Source of the DNA: Ignicoccus islandicus DSM 13165
GTDB taxonomy: Archaea; Thermoproteota; Thermoprotei_A; Sulfolobales; Ignicoccaceae
DNA length: 32,000 nt
Direction: 5' to 3'
Assembly (NCBI RefSeq): GCF_001481685.1
Contig: NZ_CP006867.1
Location: 420,001-452,000 of the forward strand
Below, piece by piece: positions 18,445 to 28,032 of this stretch. The notes under the pieces were generated by a model that was given only the letters and a program-made list of their open reading frames with translations, did no database searches and was not told the origin of the DNA. Numbering within the stretch: position 1 is the stretch's first letter; each line of letters begins with the position of its first letter. The position numbers and the translations under genes are program-made.

Positions 18445-19521
18445 TTGGGAGCAAGGAAGAAAGAAGCGCCACGACGAGGTTCAGCCGGTCTGAGGCCCAG
18501 GAAGAGAGCAGAGAGCCTCGTGCCTAGAGTTAGGTCGTGGCCTCAAGTGGATGTGGTCAAGCCCTTGGCCTTCCTTGGATATAAGGTAGGTATGACCCAT
18601 GCGATAATAGTCGACGACAGAGAGCACGTAGATACGGCCGGTCAAGAAATCTTCATGCCAGTGACAGTTATCGAAACTCCTCCAATGGTGGCCTTAGGCC
18701 TTAGGGTATATGGCTACGACCCTAACGTAGGTCATTACACACTGGGAGAGTTCTGGAAGGACCCAAGCGACAGCTTGAGGAACGCCTTCGGCGAAGACGT
18801 CCTAAGGAAATACCTACTAGGCTTCAGTAAGAGATTGCCGCATATGGTTGAACCACTGGGCTCAGGAAAGGGCTTCAAGCTTAACTTAAAGGAGAAGGAG
18901 ATAGACGTGGACCTCGACAAAGTTAAGAAGGTATCTCTTATAATGTCTACCATTCCTTTCTTAGCAGGCGGCGTTGAGAAGAAGGCCATAGACATCCTAG
19001 AGGTTAAGATAGGTGGTCAAGTACAAGAAGCGTTCGAGTACGCTAAAGGTAAGCTAGGTGGTCTAATAGACGTAGAAGAGGTAATTGAGGCAGGAAAGTT
19101 CGTAGATGTAATAGGTGTAACGAAAGGCAAGGGCTTCCAAGGAGTCATAAAGAGATTCGGAGTAAAGGAGCTTCCGAAATGGCATAAGCACAGGAAAGGC
19201 TCTAGGAGGGTCGGTGCGAGGTCTTCCGGTAGAGGAACCTCGAGTTACGTCCCTCAGCCCGGTCAAATGGGCTTCCACAGAAGGACCGACTACAATAAGA
19301 GAGTAATAATGATAAGCGATGATCCCTCTAAGATCAACGTAGCCGGTGGTTGGCTCCACTATGGCTTAGTTAAGAGTAAGTACGTGGTACTCGCTGGAAG
19401 CGTATTTGGACCTCCAAAGAGACCAATAATATTAAGGCTACCCGTGAGACCTCCGAGCTGGGAGCCGGCTGGAGCGCCACCCATCCGCTACATAAGTTTA
19501 AGTTCCAAACAAGGCAATTGA
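18445..19521 (+). CDS. rpl3: 50S ribosomal protein uL3
   Basis: GSAGLRPRKRAESLVPRVRSWP, FLGYKVGMTHAIIVDD, GVTKGKGFQGVIKRFGVKELPKWHKHRKGSRRVG, GQMGFHRRTDYNKRV; TTG start. Confidence 0.97.
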   Translation: MGARKKEAPRRGSAGLRPRKRAESLVPRVRSWPQVDVVKPLAFLGYKVGMTHAIIVDDREHVDTAGQEIFMPVTVIETPPMVALGLRVYGYDPNVGHYTLGEFWKDPSDSLRNAFGEDVLRKYLLGFSKRLPHMVEPLGSGKGFKLNLKEKEIDVDLDKVKKVSLIMSTIPFLAGGVEKKAIDILEVKIGGQVQEAFEYAKGKLGGLIDVEEVIEAGKFVDVIGVTKGKGFQGVIKRFGVKELPKWHKHRKGSRRVGARSSGRGTSSYVPQPGQMGFHRRTDYNKRVIMISDDPSKINVAGGWLHYGLVKSKYVVLAGSVFGPPKRPIILRLPVRPPSWEPAGAPPIRYISLSSKQGN

Positions 19522-19531
19522 GGTGGTTTAG

Positions 19532-20347
19532 ATGTACGGTAACATATGGCTTGAAGGAAGGGTTTTAGGCCTAGAGGACCTCAAGAGGCCATTATATAAT
19601 CTCAATGGGGAGCAAGTAGACGAAATAGAACTGCCACCTACCTTCATGGTACCTGTAAGGACGGATCTGATAAGAAGGGCGTTCTTGAGCGCCTTCACTG
19701 CAAGGCTTCAACCGAAGGGAAGAGACCCAATGGCTGGAAAGAGGACTACTGCAGAGAGCCTCGGTATAGGTTACGGTATGGCAAGAGTACCTAGGATAAA
19801 GAACAGCAGCAGAGCTGCGTTCATTAACTCAGCCAGAGGAGGCCACTTGGCGTTCCCTCCTAGGCCCGATAAGATACTCCATGAGAGGATAAACAAGAAG
19901 GAAAGGAGAATGGCAATAATAAGTGCCCTGGCTGCGACTGCTAGAAAGGAATTCGTGGAAGCTAGGGGTCACGCAATAGCTAACGTTAAGAGCTTTCCAA
20001 TAATAGTAGTAGAGGACCTAGAAAACGTCTCAAAGGCCAAAGAGCTTAGGGAGATATTCGTAAAGCTAGGGATATGGGACGACGTCGAGAGAGCTGCCGA
20101 ATGGAGGCAAAGGAGTACCAAAGGTAAGATGAGGGGAAGGAGATACAAGAAGAGAGTTGGTCCCTTACTAATAATTTCGAATGAAGACGCTCCCGTGAGA
20201 AAGGGAATAGGAGCATTTCCTGGCACCGAGGCCGTTGCAGTGCGCTTACTAAGCGTTAAGCACTTAGCTCCGGGAGGCGTTCCCGGAAGGTTAACCGTAA
20301 TTACCAAGCCCGCGCTCGAGGAGATAGGGAGGAGGTTCGCGCCATGA
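19532..20347 (+). CDS. rpl4: 50S ribosomal protein uL4
   Basis: [76 protein letters not shown]. Confidence 0.97.
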   Translation: MYGNIWLEGRVLGLEDLKRPLYNLNGEQVDEIELPPTFMVPVRTDLIRRAFLSAFTARLQPKGRDPMAGKRTTAESLGIGYGMARVPRIKNSSRAAFINSARGGHLAFPPRPDKILHERINKKERRMAIISALAATARKEFVEARGHAIANVKSFPIIVVEDLENVSKAKELREIFVKLGIWDDVERAAEWRQRSTKGKMRGRRYKKRVGPLLIISNEDAPVRKGIGAFPGTEAVAVRLLSVKHLAPGGVPGRLTVITKPALEEIGRRFAP

Positions 20348-20604
20348 GGCCTGAAGATGTTATAATAAGAGTTCATCACACTGAAAAGACTCTAGCCCTA
20401 ATAACAAACAACAATACCTTGACATTCATAGTCGATAGGAGAGCCAATAAGAGGGACGTTAAGAGAGCTGTCGAAGAGCTCTATCAAGTGAAGGTAGAGA
20501 AAGTTAATACTCTCATAACGCCTACGGGAGAGAAGAAGGCATACGTCAAACTAAAACCAGAGTACAGTGCGGAAGAGTTGGCCTCGAGATTAGGTCTACT
20601 CTAA
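20344..20604 (+). CDS. rpl23: 50S ribosomal protein uL23
   Basis: [74 protein letters not shown]. Confidence 0.96.
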   Translation: MRPEDVIIRVHHTEKTLALITNNNTLTFIVDRRANKRDVKRAVEELYQVKVEKVNTLITPTGEKKAYVKLKPEYSAEELASRLGLL

Positions 20605-20655
20605 AAATACATTTTATTTCCTCCACGTTCCTCTATTGGTTCTCGGGTAGGATCT

Positions 20656-21330
20656 TTGGATCCAAAGTTAACGGCAGCTAGGATGGCATTAGAGGAGGTC
20701 CTTAAAAGGCAGCCAAAGATACTAGGGGTTGGCTCAGGCACTACAGTCCATAAGTTTATAGACGAACTCTCTAGGTCCGAGTTCACGGGGAAAGTAGTTT
20801 CCACTAGCTTCGACACTACCTTAAGATTGAAGGAGAAGGGGTTCGAAGTAGTTGACCTAATGAGCGTTAATCGAATAGACGTAAGCGTAGACGGGGCAGA
20901 CGAAGTTTCCACTGAACCCCTTTCCTTAATAAAAGGGGGGGGTGCTGCCTTACTTAGAGAAAAGGTCGTAGCCGAGCTCTCCTCTTTTAGGATATACATC
21001 GTTGATCCTTCGAAGGTAGTTGAGAAGCCTTGCGACAGGGGCGTACCAATACCGATAGAGGTGGTTCCAGTAAGTTTAAGTGCTGTTACGAAGAACCTTG
21101 AGAGATTAGGGGTTAAATGGAGCGTTAGGACAGGGAGCGGCAAGTTAGGACCCGTAATAACCGATAACGGGAACCTCGTTCTAGATCTTGAATGCAATAG
21201 AGCTTGGGAACTTCTAGAGGAAATCAAATCTCTTAACGGCGTTGCCGCGGTTGGCGTTTTCGAAAGAGACTTGATAGACTTGGTAATAGTGAGCGATGGA
21301 AGGAAATATGGCAAGGATACGATGCAATGA
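20656..21330 (+). CDS. rpiA: ribose-5-phosphate isomerase A
   Basis: ILGVGSGTTVHKFID, VDGADEV, LIKGGGAALLREKVVA. Confidence 0.94.
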   Translation: MDPKLTAARMALEEVLKRQPKILGVGSGTTVHKFIDELSRSEFTGKVVSTSFDTTLRLKEKGFEVVDLMSVNRIDVSVDGADEVSTEPLSLIKGGGAALLREKVVAELSSFRIYIVDPSKVVEKPCDRGVPIPIEVVPVSLSAVTKNLERLGVKWSVRTGSGKLGPVITDNGNLVLDLECNRAWELLEEIKSLNGVAAVGVFERDLIDLVIVSDGRKYGKDTMQ

Positions 21331-21799
21331 GAGGAGGGGTTTTCTTCCCGTTACGCAAATAGATGCACAAGGGCTAGCGTTCTACGTGTACAAGGGCAGC
21401 GAGGACTACGTCCTCGATGAAGACTTCTGTACATGTAAAAGCTTTATAAAGAACTTAGCCAAGGGTAAGAGGAACGGATGTAAACACATTTGCTCAAATA
21501 AGAGAATAGTGAAAGTAGTTGAAATTAGTAGGGAGGAAGCGTACGACATAATAACATCTGTATTAATCTACGGACAGAGCTCGTATTTGAGGCTCCTCGA
21601 AAAGGAACGCACTAATAAGTCATTACGCGACCCCATCTCTTCGGGAAGCGAAAGTGGGAAGGAGGAAGAGGAGGAAGAAAATAATAAGACGAAGGCCGAC
21701 GTTGCCGAACGTCTTTCAATGTCCTCACTGCGGAGCTCAAACCCTAATAATAGACATAGTTACCAACAAGAGGGAGGGTACGAGGAAGGCGATAATTAG
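21296..21799 (+). CDS. SWIM-type zinc-finger protein with acidic/Ser-Asn C-terminal tail
   Basis: FCTCKSFIKNLAKGKRNGCKHI fits the CxC...CxH SWIM pattern. The start may be 21308 (ATG). The tail overlaps the Elf1-like gene in another frame. Confidence 0.65.
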   Translation: MEGNMARIRCNERRGFLPVTQIDAQGLAFYVYKGSEDYVLDEDFCTCKSFIKNLAKGKRNGCKHICSNKRIVKVVEISREEAYDIITSVLIYGQSSYLRLLEKERTNKSLRDPISSGSESGKEEEEEENNKTKADVAERLSMSSLRSSNPNNRHSYQQEGGYEEGDN

Positions 21800-21941
21800 G
21801 TGTGGAACGTGCCACTTATACTATGAGATAGATGTAACGGACAATCCGTTAGCTGATAAGGCTTGGGTCTACGGCAAGTTCATAGACGCTTACTACGAAG
21901 GTAGGGTACCGCTACCCGAGTCAGAAGAGGCCGAAGAGTAA
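21654..21941 (+). CDS. Elf1-like transcription elongation factor (zinc-binding)
   Basis: 95 aa; MGRRKRRKKIIRRRPTLPNVFQCPHCGAQTLIIDI...IIRCGTCHLYYEIDVTDNPLADKAWVYGKFIDAYYEG. GTG start. Confidence 0.88.
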   Translation: MGRRKRRKKIIRRRPTLPNVFQCPHCGAQTLIIDIVTNKREGTRKAIIRCGTCHLYYEIDVTDNPLADKAWVYGKFIDAYYEGRVPLPESEEAEE

Positions 21942-21988
21942 ATAGCATTAAGAAGGCCCTCGTTTGCGAAACTGCTTGGGACGAGATT

Positions 21989-24127
21989 TTGCCTCTTACT
22001 AAGGAGGAGATCGAGGAAATAAGGAGAACGTTAGGGAGGGAACCTAATCAAGTTGAATTGGCAATGTTCGAAGCCCAGTGGAGCGAGCACTGTTCCTATA
22101 AAAGTTCGAAGAAGCACTTAAGGAAACTTAGCATGGAATCGCCGTGGGTAGTTAAAGGAGGAGATGCAGCGGTAGTGGACTTCGGGCCAGTGTATGTGGC
22201 TTTCAGAATAGAAAGTCATAACCACCCATCGGCAGTAGATCCCTATAACGGGGCGGCAACGGGCGTAGGAGGTATAGTAAGAGATATATTGAGTTCTGGT
22301 GCGAAACCTATAGCTTTACTAGACGACTTGATCTTCGGCGACTTAAGGGAATACAAGGTAAAGTGGCACGTAAGAGGTGTGGTTAAGGGCATCTCCGACT
22401 ATGGAAATAGAATAGGGGTCCCTACGGTAGGTGGAGAGACGTGGTTCGATCCAAGCTTCACGAACAACCCTATGGTTTCGGTCGCATGCGTGGGGGTATG
22501 TCCAAAGAATAAACTGATAAATGGAACACCGAAGCCGGGACATCTAATAGTAATCGCGGGCAATTACACGGGTAAAGACGGACTACTCGGCTCCTCTTTC
22601 GCTTCTAAGTCATTGGAAGAGGGCGTAGAGGAAGAGTACGCGGCAATACAAGTCCCAGACCCGGTCATGGAGAAGCTACTAATAGACAGCATCTTAGAGC
22701 TCAGGGACAAGGACTTACTTGTGTTCGTAAAGGACTTAGGTGGCGGAGGCCTGGCCACTGCGATCAGTGAGACAGCTGCGTCTTTCGGTCTAGGAGCCGA
22801 GGTGGAGCTCGATAAGCTTCACTTAAGGGAACCCATGGAAGCTTGGCAAATAATAGTTTCGGAAAGTCAAGAAAGAATGATGTTAGTTATTGAAAAAGAG
22901 AAGTTACCGGAAGTCGCGAGGGTACTAGAGAAGTACGATGTCCCGTATAGCGTAATAGGTCGCTTCACCAATACTCGCGAAATCGTTGTTAAATTCAATG
23001 GCGAGATTGTGGCCAGAGTTCCAGCTGACTTCTTAGCAGAAGGGCCCGAACTAGACAGACCCTATAAGAGACCGGAATGGCATTTGGAGTTGGAAAAGCC
23101 CTTTGAGATACCTCCATTTGACTTAGAGAAGGCAATAAGAAGCGTATTGGGTTCGCCCAACGTAGCTTCCAAACGTTGGATATACGAGCAATACGACCAC
23201 GAAGTCCAAATAAGAACAGTAATTAAGCCTGGAGAAGGCGATGCTGCCGTTTTGAGACTATTAGAGGCGCCCCCATTGGGAATAGCCGTAGCAACCGACT
23301 CCAATCCCCGCTATACGTACCTAGACCCCCTCTATGGGGCCGCTAACGTGTTCCTCGAAGCATATAGGAACGTAGTAGCGAGCGGTGGGAAGCCAATGGC
23401 TGCCGTAGACCAAATAGACGCCGGAAACCCCGAGCTCCCGGATAGGTTCTGGTTCTTCGTTAGAATGGTGGAGGGACTAGCTTGGGTTGAGAGGCAAGTC
23501 AACGTACCTATAGTTGGGGGCAAAGTTAGTTTCTATAACGAGGATGAGGTCACTGGAACCCAGATCAAACCAACCGTAATGATTACAATGATAGGGAAGG
23601 TTGAGGACGTAACGAAGGCGAAGAGGGCTATGGCGGAGGAAGGGGATAAGCTCGTGATCGTGGGCGAAACTTACCCTGAATTGGGCGGTAGCGAGTTCCT
23701 ATGGACTGTCTTCGGAAAAGTTCAAGGGAAAGTACCAATACCGAGGCCGAAGTTGGAAATGGAAACTGCGCGTAAGGTCTTGAGCGTTGTCGGCTTGGAA
23801 GGCGTAACCGGAATTCACGACATCGGTCCTGGAGGGTTAGTGGTTGCTGCAGCTGAAATGGGTAAGGGAATTGGTGTTAGGTTAACAGTTGAAAACGTAC
23901 CCGGCAAATGGAGCCAGCCTTACGAGGCGCTCTTCTCGGAGAGCGGCGCGCGATATTTGATAGCGGTTAAAGAGGATGCGGTCGAGGAAGTTCTCGAAAA
24001 GACGGACGGGAAGGTTATAGGCGAATTCGGCGGCAATACCCTCGAGATAAACCTCGGAAAGAGGAGCGTAACTATAGATGACTTCGAAGAACTACTAGAG
24101 AGGGGCTTCGAGAAGTGGTTGGGATGA
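21989..24127 (+). CDS. purL: phosphoribosylformylglycinamidine synthase subunit PurL
   Basis: 712 aa; FEAQWSEHCSYKSSKKHL, FRIESHNHPSAVDPYNGAATGVGGIVRDI, GISDYGNRIGVPTVGGE; TTG start. Confidence 0.97.
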   Translation: MPLTKEEIEEIRRTLGREPNQVELAMFEAQWSEHCSYKSSKKHLRKLSMESPWVVKGGDAAVVDFGPVYVAFRIESHNHPSAVDPYNGAATGVGGIVRDILSSGAKPIALLDDLIFGDLREYKVKWHVRGVVKGISDYGNRIGVPTVGGETWFDPSFTNNPMVSVACVGVCPKNKLINGTPKPGHLIVIAGNYTGKDGLLGSSFASKSLEEGVEEEYAAIQVPDPVMEKLLIDSILELRDKDLLVFVKDLGGGGLATAISETAASFGLGAEVELDKLHLREPMEAWQIIVSESQERMMLVIEKEKLPEVARVLEKYDVPYSVIGRFTNTREIVVKFNGEIVARVPADFLAEGPELDRPYKRPEWHLELEKPFEIPPFDLEKAIRSVLGSPNVASKRWIYEQYDHEVQIRTVIKPGEGDAAVLRLLEAPPLGIAVATDSNPRYTYLDPLYGAANVFLEAYRNVVASGGKPMAAVDQIDAGNPELPDRFWFFVRMVEGLAWVERQVNVPIVGGKVSFYNEDEVTGTQIKPTVMITMIGKVEDVTKAKRAMAEEGDKLVIVGETYPELGGSEFLWTVFGKVQGKVPIPRPKLEMETARKVLSVVGLEGVTGIHDIGPGGLVVAAAEMGKGIGVRLTVENVPGKWSQPYEALFSESGARYLIAVKEDAVEEVLEKTDGKVIGEFGGNTLEINLGKRSVTIDDFEELLERGFEKWLG

Positions 24128-24183
24128 GCGTTCGCCACGGATCCGATTTTCGATGAGGAAGGCTTGTGTTAGCGACCAGTAGT

Positions 24184-25032
24184 TTAAGGCTTAGCCTCGT
24201 TCTTTCTTTCACTTCCTTGACTAGCTAACCTGTCTCCCAATTCAGCATAGAACGAAGAGGCCTCGATTACCATCCCCTTGGCGAAGGGATAGTAATCGTT
24301 GTATCCGGCAATTTCCATGAGTAACGAATACAAGCCCGTTAGACCCAGGAAGAATTGAATTCCTTGCTCTTCTAAGTTCTTTAACGTTAATCCGAAGCTG
24401 TCAACTTGTTCAATTAAGTTAACCGCTGCAACGGACGTTATCGTAGCTAGTACGTTACCTAATTCAAAGGGATTTGGGGACATTAAGTAAGAGGAAATCA
24501 AGTCACTAGCTTTTCGAGGAACCTTCTTAGGAACTTCCGTAAACACAGATACTTTAGCTCCCAAGAGGAAGAAGAGCAACGCAAACACGATGCCCTTGTC
24601 CTCGAAGTTCTTGAGTAAAACGTCCTTCGGAGCAACTCCAACGAACACGAAGGGACCTTTTGGAGGAGTTAGGCCTTCTAAATTCATTGAATCCATCTTC
24701 TTAAAGGCTTCTAATAACTGCTTCCTATCCGTCTCTAAGAGGGATACAGTGAATATAACGAAGTTTTGACCTTCATAGAGGATTAAATCAATGGAACCTT
24801 CCTCCCCTTTATAGGTAGAGTTCAAAGCTAGCCTCAAGAACTCTTCCAATTGTTTAAAATCTCTTTCCTCTAGTATGCTCCACCTCTCTACGATATAAGG
24901 TAATAGAACGAAGTGCATGAGGGTAGGGGACTCGAATTCCCCTACGATATTGTATATCAAGTCCCTTGCAGTAGAGGCGTTCTCGATTATTTCGTTTAAC
25001 CTCTCAGTTACGTTGCGTTGTGAATTCGACAA
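24184..25032 (-). CDS. hypothetical protein, 282 aa
   Basis: Long open frame; no family recognised. Confidence 0.65.
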   Translation of the reverse strand: MSNSQRNVTERLNEIIENASTARDLIYNIVGEFESPTLMHFVLLPYIVERWSILEERDFKQLEEFLRLALNSTYKGEEGSIDLILYEGQNFVIFTVSLLETDRKQLLEAFKKMDSMNLEGLTPPKGPFVFVGVAPKDVLLKNFEDKGIVFALLFFLLGAKVSVFTEVPKKVPRKASDLISSYLMSPNPFELGNVLATITSVAAVNLIEQVDSFGLTLKNLEEQGIQFFLGLTGLYSLLMEIAGYNDYYPFAKGMVIEASSFYAELGDRLASQGSERKNEAKP

Positions 25033-25076
25033 AGGATCTATCCACCGAAACCTATTGCGCTCAGTAAGTAATTACA

Positions 25077-26345
25077 TTAGCGCTTAAACGCGTAGAGGAG
25101 GCAGCCCTTGCGATATATCAGCTTCAATCCCGGAAATTGGAGCTCCTGGAAGCTCAGGACGTAGCCCCTCCCGAAGCCGTTGATCGCATTCATTAGGCAG
25201 TTCGGATCCCAACAAACGACGTACGGAACGTCCCCGAAGGGGTATGAGGAGTAGGCCCAGAAGGGCTTATATAGAATTAAGTGTGACCTTTCTATTTGAA
25301 TAAAGTGCTTTACCTCGTATAGACAGCAATTGGGTTCGCCCCGGTTGAATACCGCTTGCTTCAATGCGGGAACGTTCACGTAGGCGAAGAAGATGAAGGT
25401 GATTAGCGCTAACGCCTTCCAAGCCTTGCCTTCGTCGACTATGGAAGCCAAACCAACTGCGTAAATTAAGTGGGCTGGTACTTGATACCAGAGCTCTATC
25501 CTAGTGCCATTAACGAAGTTGTTCGCTATTAGGCCCAAGGGCAACGCGAAGTAGACTAGTAGATCCCCTATCTCCTTGCGGTAAGCTTTGTATACGAAGA
25601 GCAGTAGACCTAAAGGAGTTATTAGAGTCGCTAGGGTTCTCAAATCTATTGGGCCCTTAGACCAGCCCGGTAGCCTACTGTGGAACAATACGTTATCGTA
25701 GGCCGTAGCAATGGCTAACGCGGCTGGTATCGCGAAAAGTAAGTACCTCTTATCCCTGTAAAAGAGCAATGTCATTCCTAAGTACAGGAAGGCCATTCCC
25801 TCCCAGCATCCAACGGATAAGATGGAAACTATTAGGGAAAGCGCGAAGCGACCCCTCATGGCTAGCGCTACAGATAAAGCTCCTAAGGCACCAGCTACAA
25901 CGCTGGTCATTACGTGAGTTTCGTAGAACAAGTACATTGGATCGAGGAAAGCCGCTAAGGCCAAAACTAGGGCCGGAAGGCCGCGTCTCCAGGCTATGAG
26001 TATTGAAAGGAGTAACGAGAACGAGCTAATTGCTATATGGGAGAATCTGAACGTCCATATGTTAATAGTGAACGGGTGGAAGAGCAACATGAATGCCCAT
26101 CTAATGGGCGGAAGGTACTCCAAGTGGGGGTCCCAATCCCAAAGGACCTTTTTGGATATGTAGAAATACCACGCTTCGTCGCCGTAGGGGTTGCAAGGCA
26201 TGTAGAAGTTAGCCAATAGAAAGTGGAACACCACTACTGAAATGGCTACGAGCACCCCAGCGATGAGCGCTTCCTTCGAAAGCTTCTCGAACGACTCCAG
26301 TAATCTATTTATCAAGTCTCCTCGGAGTAGGCGTTCCGTTCTCAA
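25077..26345 (-). CDS. polytopic membrane protein, GT-C/PMT-like glycosyltransferase candidate
   Basis: 422 aa, about 10 hydrophobic segments. The acidic motif in the first loop (PCNPYGDEAWYFYISKKVLWDWDPH) resembles GT-C enzymes. Confidence 0.65.
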   Translation of the reverse strand: MRTERLLRGDLINRLLESFEKLSKEALIAGVLVAISVVVFHFLLANFYMPCNPYGDEAWYFYISKKVLWDWDPHLEYLPPIRWAFMLLFHPFTINIWTFRFSHIAISSFSLLLSILIAWRRGLPALVLALAAFLDPMYLFYETHVMTSVVAGALGALSVALAMRGRFALSLIVSILSVGCWEGMAFLYLGMTLLFYRDKRYLLFAIPAALAIATAYDNVLFHSRLPGWSKGPIDLRTLATLITPLGLLLFVYKAYRKEIGDLLVYFALPLGLIANNFVNGTRIELWYQVPAHLIYAVGLASIVDEGKAWKALALITFIFFAYVNVPALKQAVFNRGEPNCCLYEVKHFIQIERSHLILYKPFWAYSSYPFGDVPYVVCWDPNCLMNAINGFGRGYVLSFQELQFPGLKLIYRKGCLLYAFKR

Positions 26346-26390
26346 GTTAAATTACGTTTCGGGTACCATTTACTACGGGGGAGGGCTTTC

Positions 26391-27623
26391 TTGCCTTTAG
26401 AAGGCATGGCTACCTTAGACGACGTTAACTTGGAAGGAAAGAAAGTACTCGTAAGGGTCGACTTCAATTCCCCTGTCTCCGGGGAGGAACTACTTGACGA
26501 TAGCAGAATAAGGGCACACGTTCCAACCATAAAGGAATTGCTTGATAAGGGAGCGTCAATAGTTCTGATATCCCATCAAGGGAGACCGGGCGAGCCGGAC
26601 TTCATTACCCTCGAACCCCATGCAGCGAAACTTTCCAAGCTATTGGGTCAAACGGTCCAATTCGTGGACGACGTGATGGGACCGGAAGCTCGAAAAAGGA
26701 TAAAGTCCCTCAAACCAGGCGAGGTATTGCTGCTAGATAACGTTAGGTTCTTAGCTGAAGAAAACATTAACGCTCCTCCAGAAAGGCAAGCTGAAACGTA
26801 CTTAGTTAGGAGGTTAGCGAAACTCTTCGATCTGTACGTAAACGACGCCTTCGCCACAGCTCATAGATCTCAACCTAGCATTGTAGGGTTCCCTATGGTA
26901 CTACCCGGTGTAATGGGTAGGCTAATGCAAAGGGAGGTCGAAGCATTGAGCAAAATATTCAATCCAAAGGAATCACCGAAGGTGTTCGTTCTTGGGGGAG
27001 GGAAAGTACCGGATAGCTTAAGCATCATAGAAAATATAATACAGAATAAAGTTGCAGACAGGATACTTACTACAGGATTGCTTTCCGAACTCTTCTTAGT
27101 GGCGAAGGGAATAGATCTGGGAGACAAGAACATGAAGTTCTTGGAAAGGAAGGGAATATTATCCTTGGTTCCCAAGGCCCGGCGCTTGCTCTTAATGGGA
27201 GCGCCGATAGACGTTCCCGTCGACTACGTAACTCTGGACGAGGAAACGGGGGAAGTGAAAGTTGAACCGGTTTACAATTTGACCGGCGTAATAAGGGACA
27301 TAGGACCGGCAACAGTAAAGATGTATAGCGAGCTGATAAAGGAAGCGAAAATAGTCGTTATGAGAGGACCCGCTGGAGTAATGGAAGATCCCCGATTCAG
27401 AACTGGTACGAAGGAGCTCGTTAGGGCGGCCTTGGAAAGCGGTGCCTTCACAATCTTTGGAGGCGGTCACTTGACGGCAGTAATAGAGGAGCTTGGTATG
27501 AAGGAAAGGGTTGGTCACATAAGCACCGGTGGTGGAGCACTGCTCGCGTTCCTTTCAGGAAAGGAATTGCCCGCGTTGAGTGCATTGAAGGTTTCGGCAT
27601 CTAAGTTCGGTTTAGTAAAATAG
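26391..27623 (+). CDS. pgk: phosphoglycerate kinase
   Basis: LEGKKVLVRVDFNSP, LISHQGRPG, VLLLDNVRFLAEE, DLYVNDAFATAHRSQPS, FGGGHLTAVIEELG. The likely true start is ATG 26406. Confidence 0.96.
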   Translation: MPLEGMATLDDVNLEGKKVLVRVDFNSPVSGEELLDDSRIRAHVPTIKELLDKGASIVLISHQGRPGEPDFITLEPHAAKLSKLLGQTVQFVDDVMGPEARKRIKSLKPGEVLLLDNVRFLAEENINAPPERQAETYLVRRLAKLFDLYVNDAFATAHRSQPSIVGFPMVLPGVMGRLMQREVEALSKIFNPKESPKVFVLGGGKVPDSLSIIENIIQNKVADRILTTGLLSELFLVAKGIDLGDKNMKFLERKGILSLVPKARRLLLMGAPIDVPVDYVTLDEETGEVKVEPVYNLTGVIRDIGPATVKMYSELIKEAKIVVMRGPAGVMEDPRFRTGTKELVRAALESGAFTIFGGGHLTAVIEELGMKERVGHISTGGGALLAFLSGKELPALSALKVSASKFGLVK

Positions 27624-27640
27624 AAAAGTTTATTAAGACT

Positions 27641-27660
27641 CCATGGTTTCCTAACCATGG
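27641..27660. repeat. perfect inverted repeat CCATGGTT-TCCT-AACCATGG at the 5S 5' boundary
   Basis: Direct reading of the sequence. Confidence 0.9.
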
Positions 27661-27786
27661 TCCGGCCCGGCCACAGCGACCGGGCAACACCCGGACCCAT
27701 ATCGAACCCGGAAGTTAAGCCGGTCGCGCGGGGTTAGGCAGTGGCGTCCGAGAGGCGCCGCAGCCGCCCCGTGCCGGGACCGGACC
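27659..27786 (+). rRNA. 5S ribosomal RNA
   Basis: Core ACACCCGGACCCATATCGAACCCGGAAGTTAAGCC; terminal helix GGTCCGG/CCGGACC; TATA-like TTTATTA about 25 nt upstream. Ends are approximate. Confidence 0.93.
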
Positions 27787-28032
27787 TCTACACTTCTATA
27801 CGTCTCTTCCCTCTAACCTTAAAACTTATCGCTCCACTGAGCGCAACGAAGTAACTCGGACTCATCATGGATCGAACGTTTCCGTTCATCCAATTCGTTT
27901 CACGGGAGCCATCTAGAAGATCTGTTCGAAACGTTCTTCTATAGATTAAGATTCTCAGCTCCCTGGAACAACTAATGGGAACGTGGTGGAATTCTTAACT
28001 CTCTACTTTTCTGAAAAAACCGGGCAGTTGTA

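Noticed and set aside
18302-18493. 63-aa plus-strand ORF before uL3
   Set aside because: Low-information sequence running into rpl3 in another frame; more likely leader sequence.
19063-20379. Minus-strand ORFs opposite uL3/uL4
   Set aside because: Overlap highly conserved ribosomal protein genes; no domain features.
20935-20942. 8-nt poly-G run in rpiA as a possible frameshift or phase-variable site
   Set aside because: The frame is intact through the run and encodes the conserved LIKGGG(A/G)ALLREK motif.
20601-21314. 237-aa minus-strand ORF opposite rpiA
   Set aside because: The sense strand encodes clear RpiA motifs; the antisense frame is Ser/Thr-rich and typical of shadow ORFs in this genome.
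26648-27518. Antisense ORFs inside pgk (26648-26857, 26870-27175, 27070-27312, 27192-27518)
   Set aside because: Shadow ORFs opposite a strongly conserved gene; no recognisable domains.
27867-27885. ATGATGA on the minus strand in the 5S to 28033 gap as a C/D sRNA
   Set aside because: No CTGA D or D' box at suitable spacing and no terminal stem.
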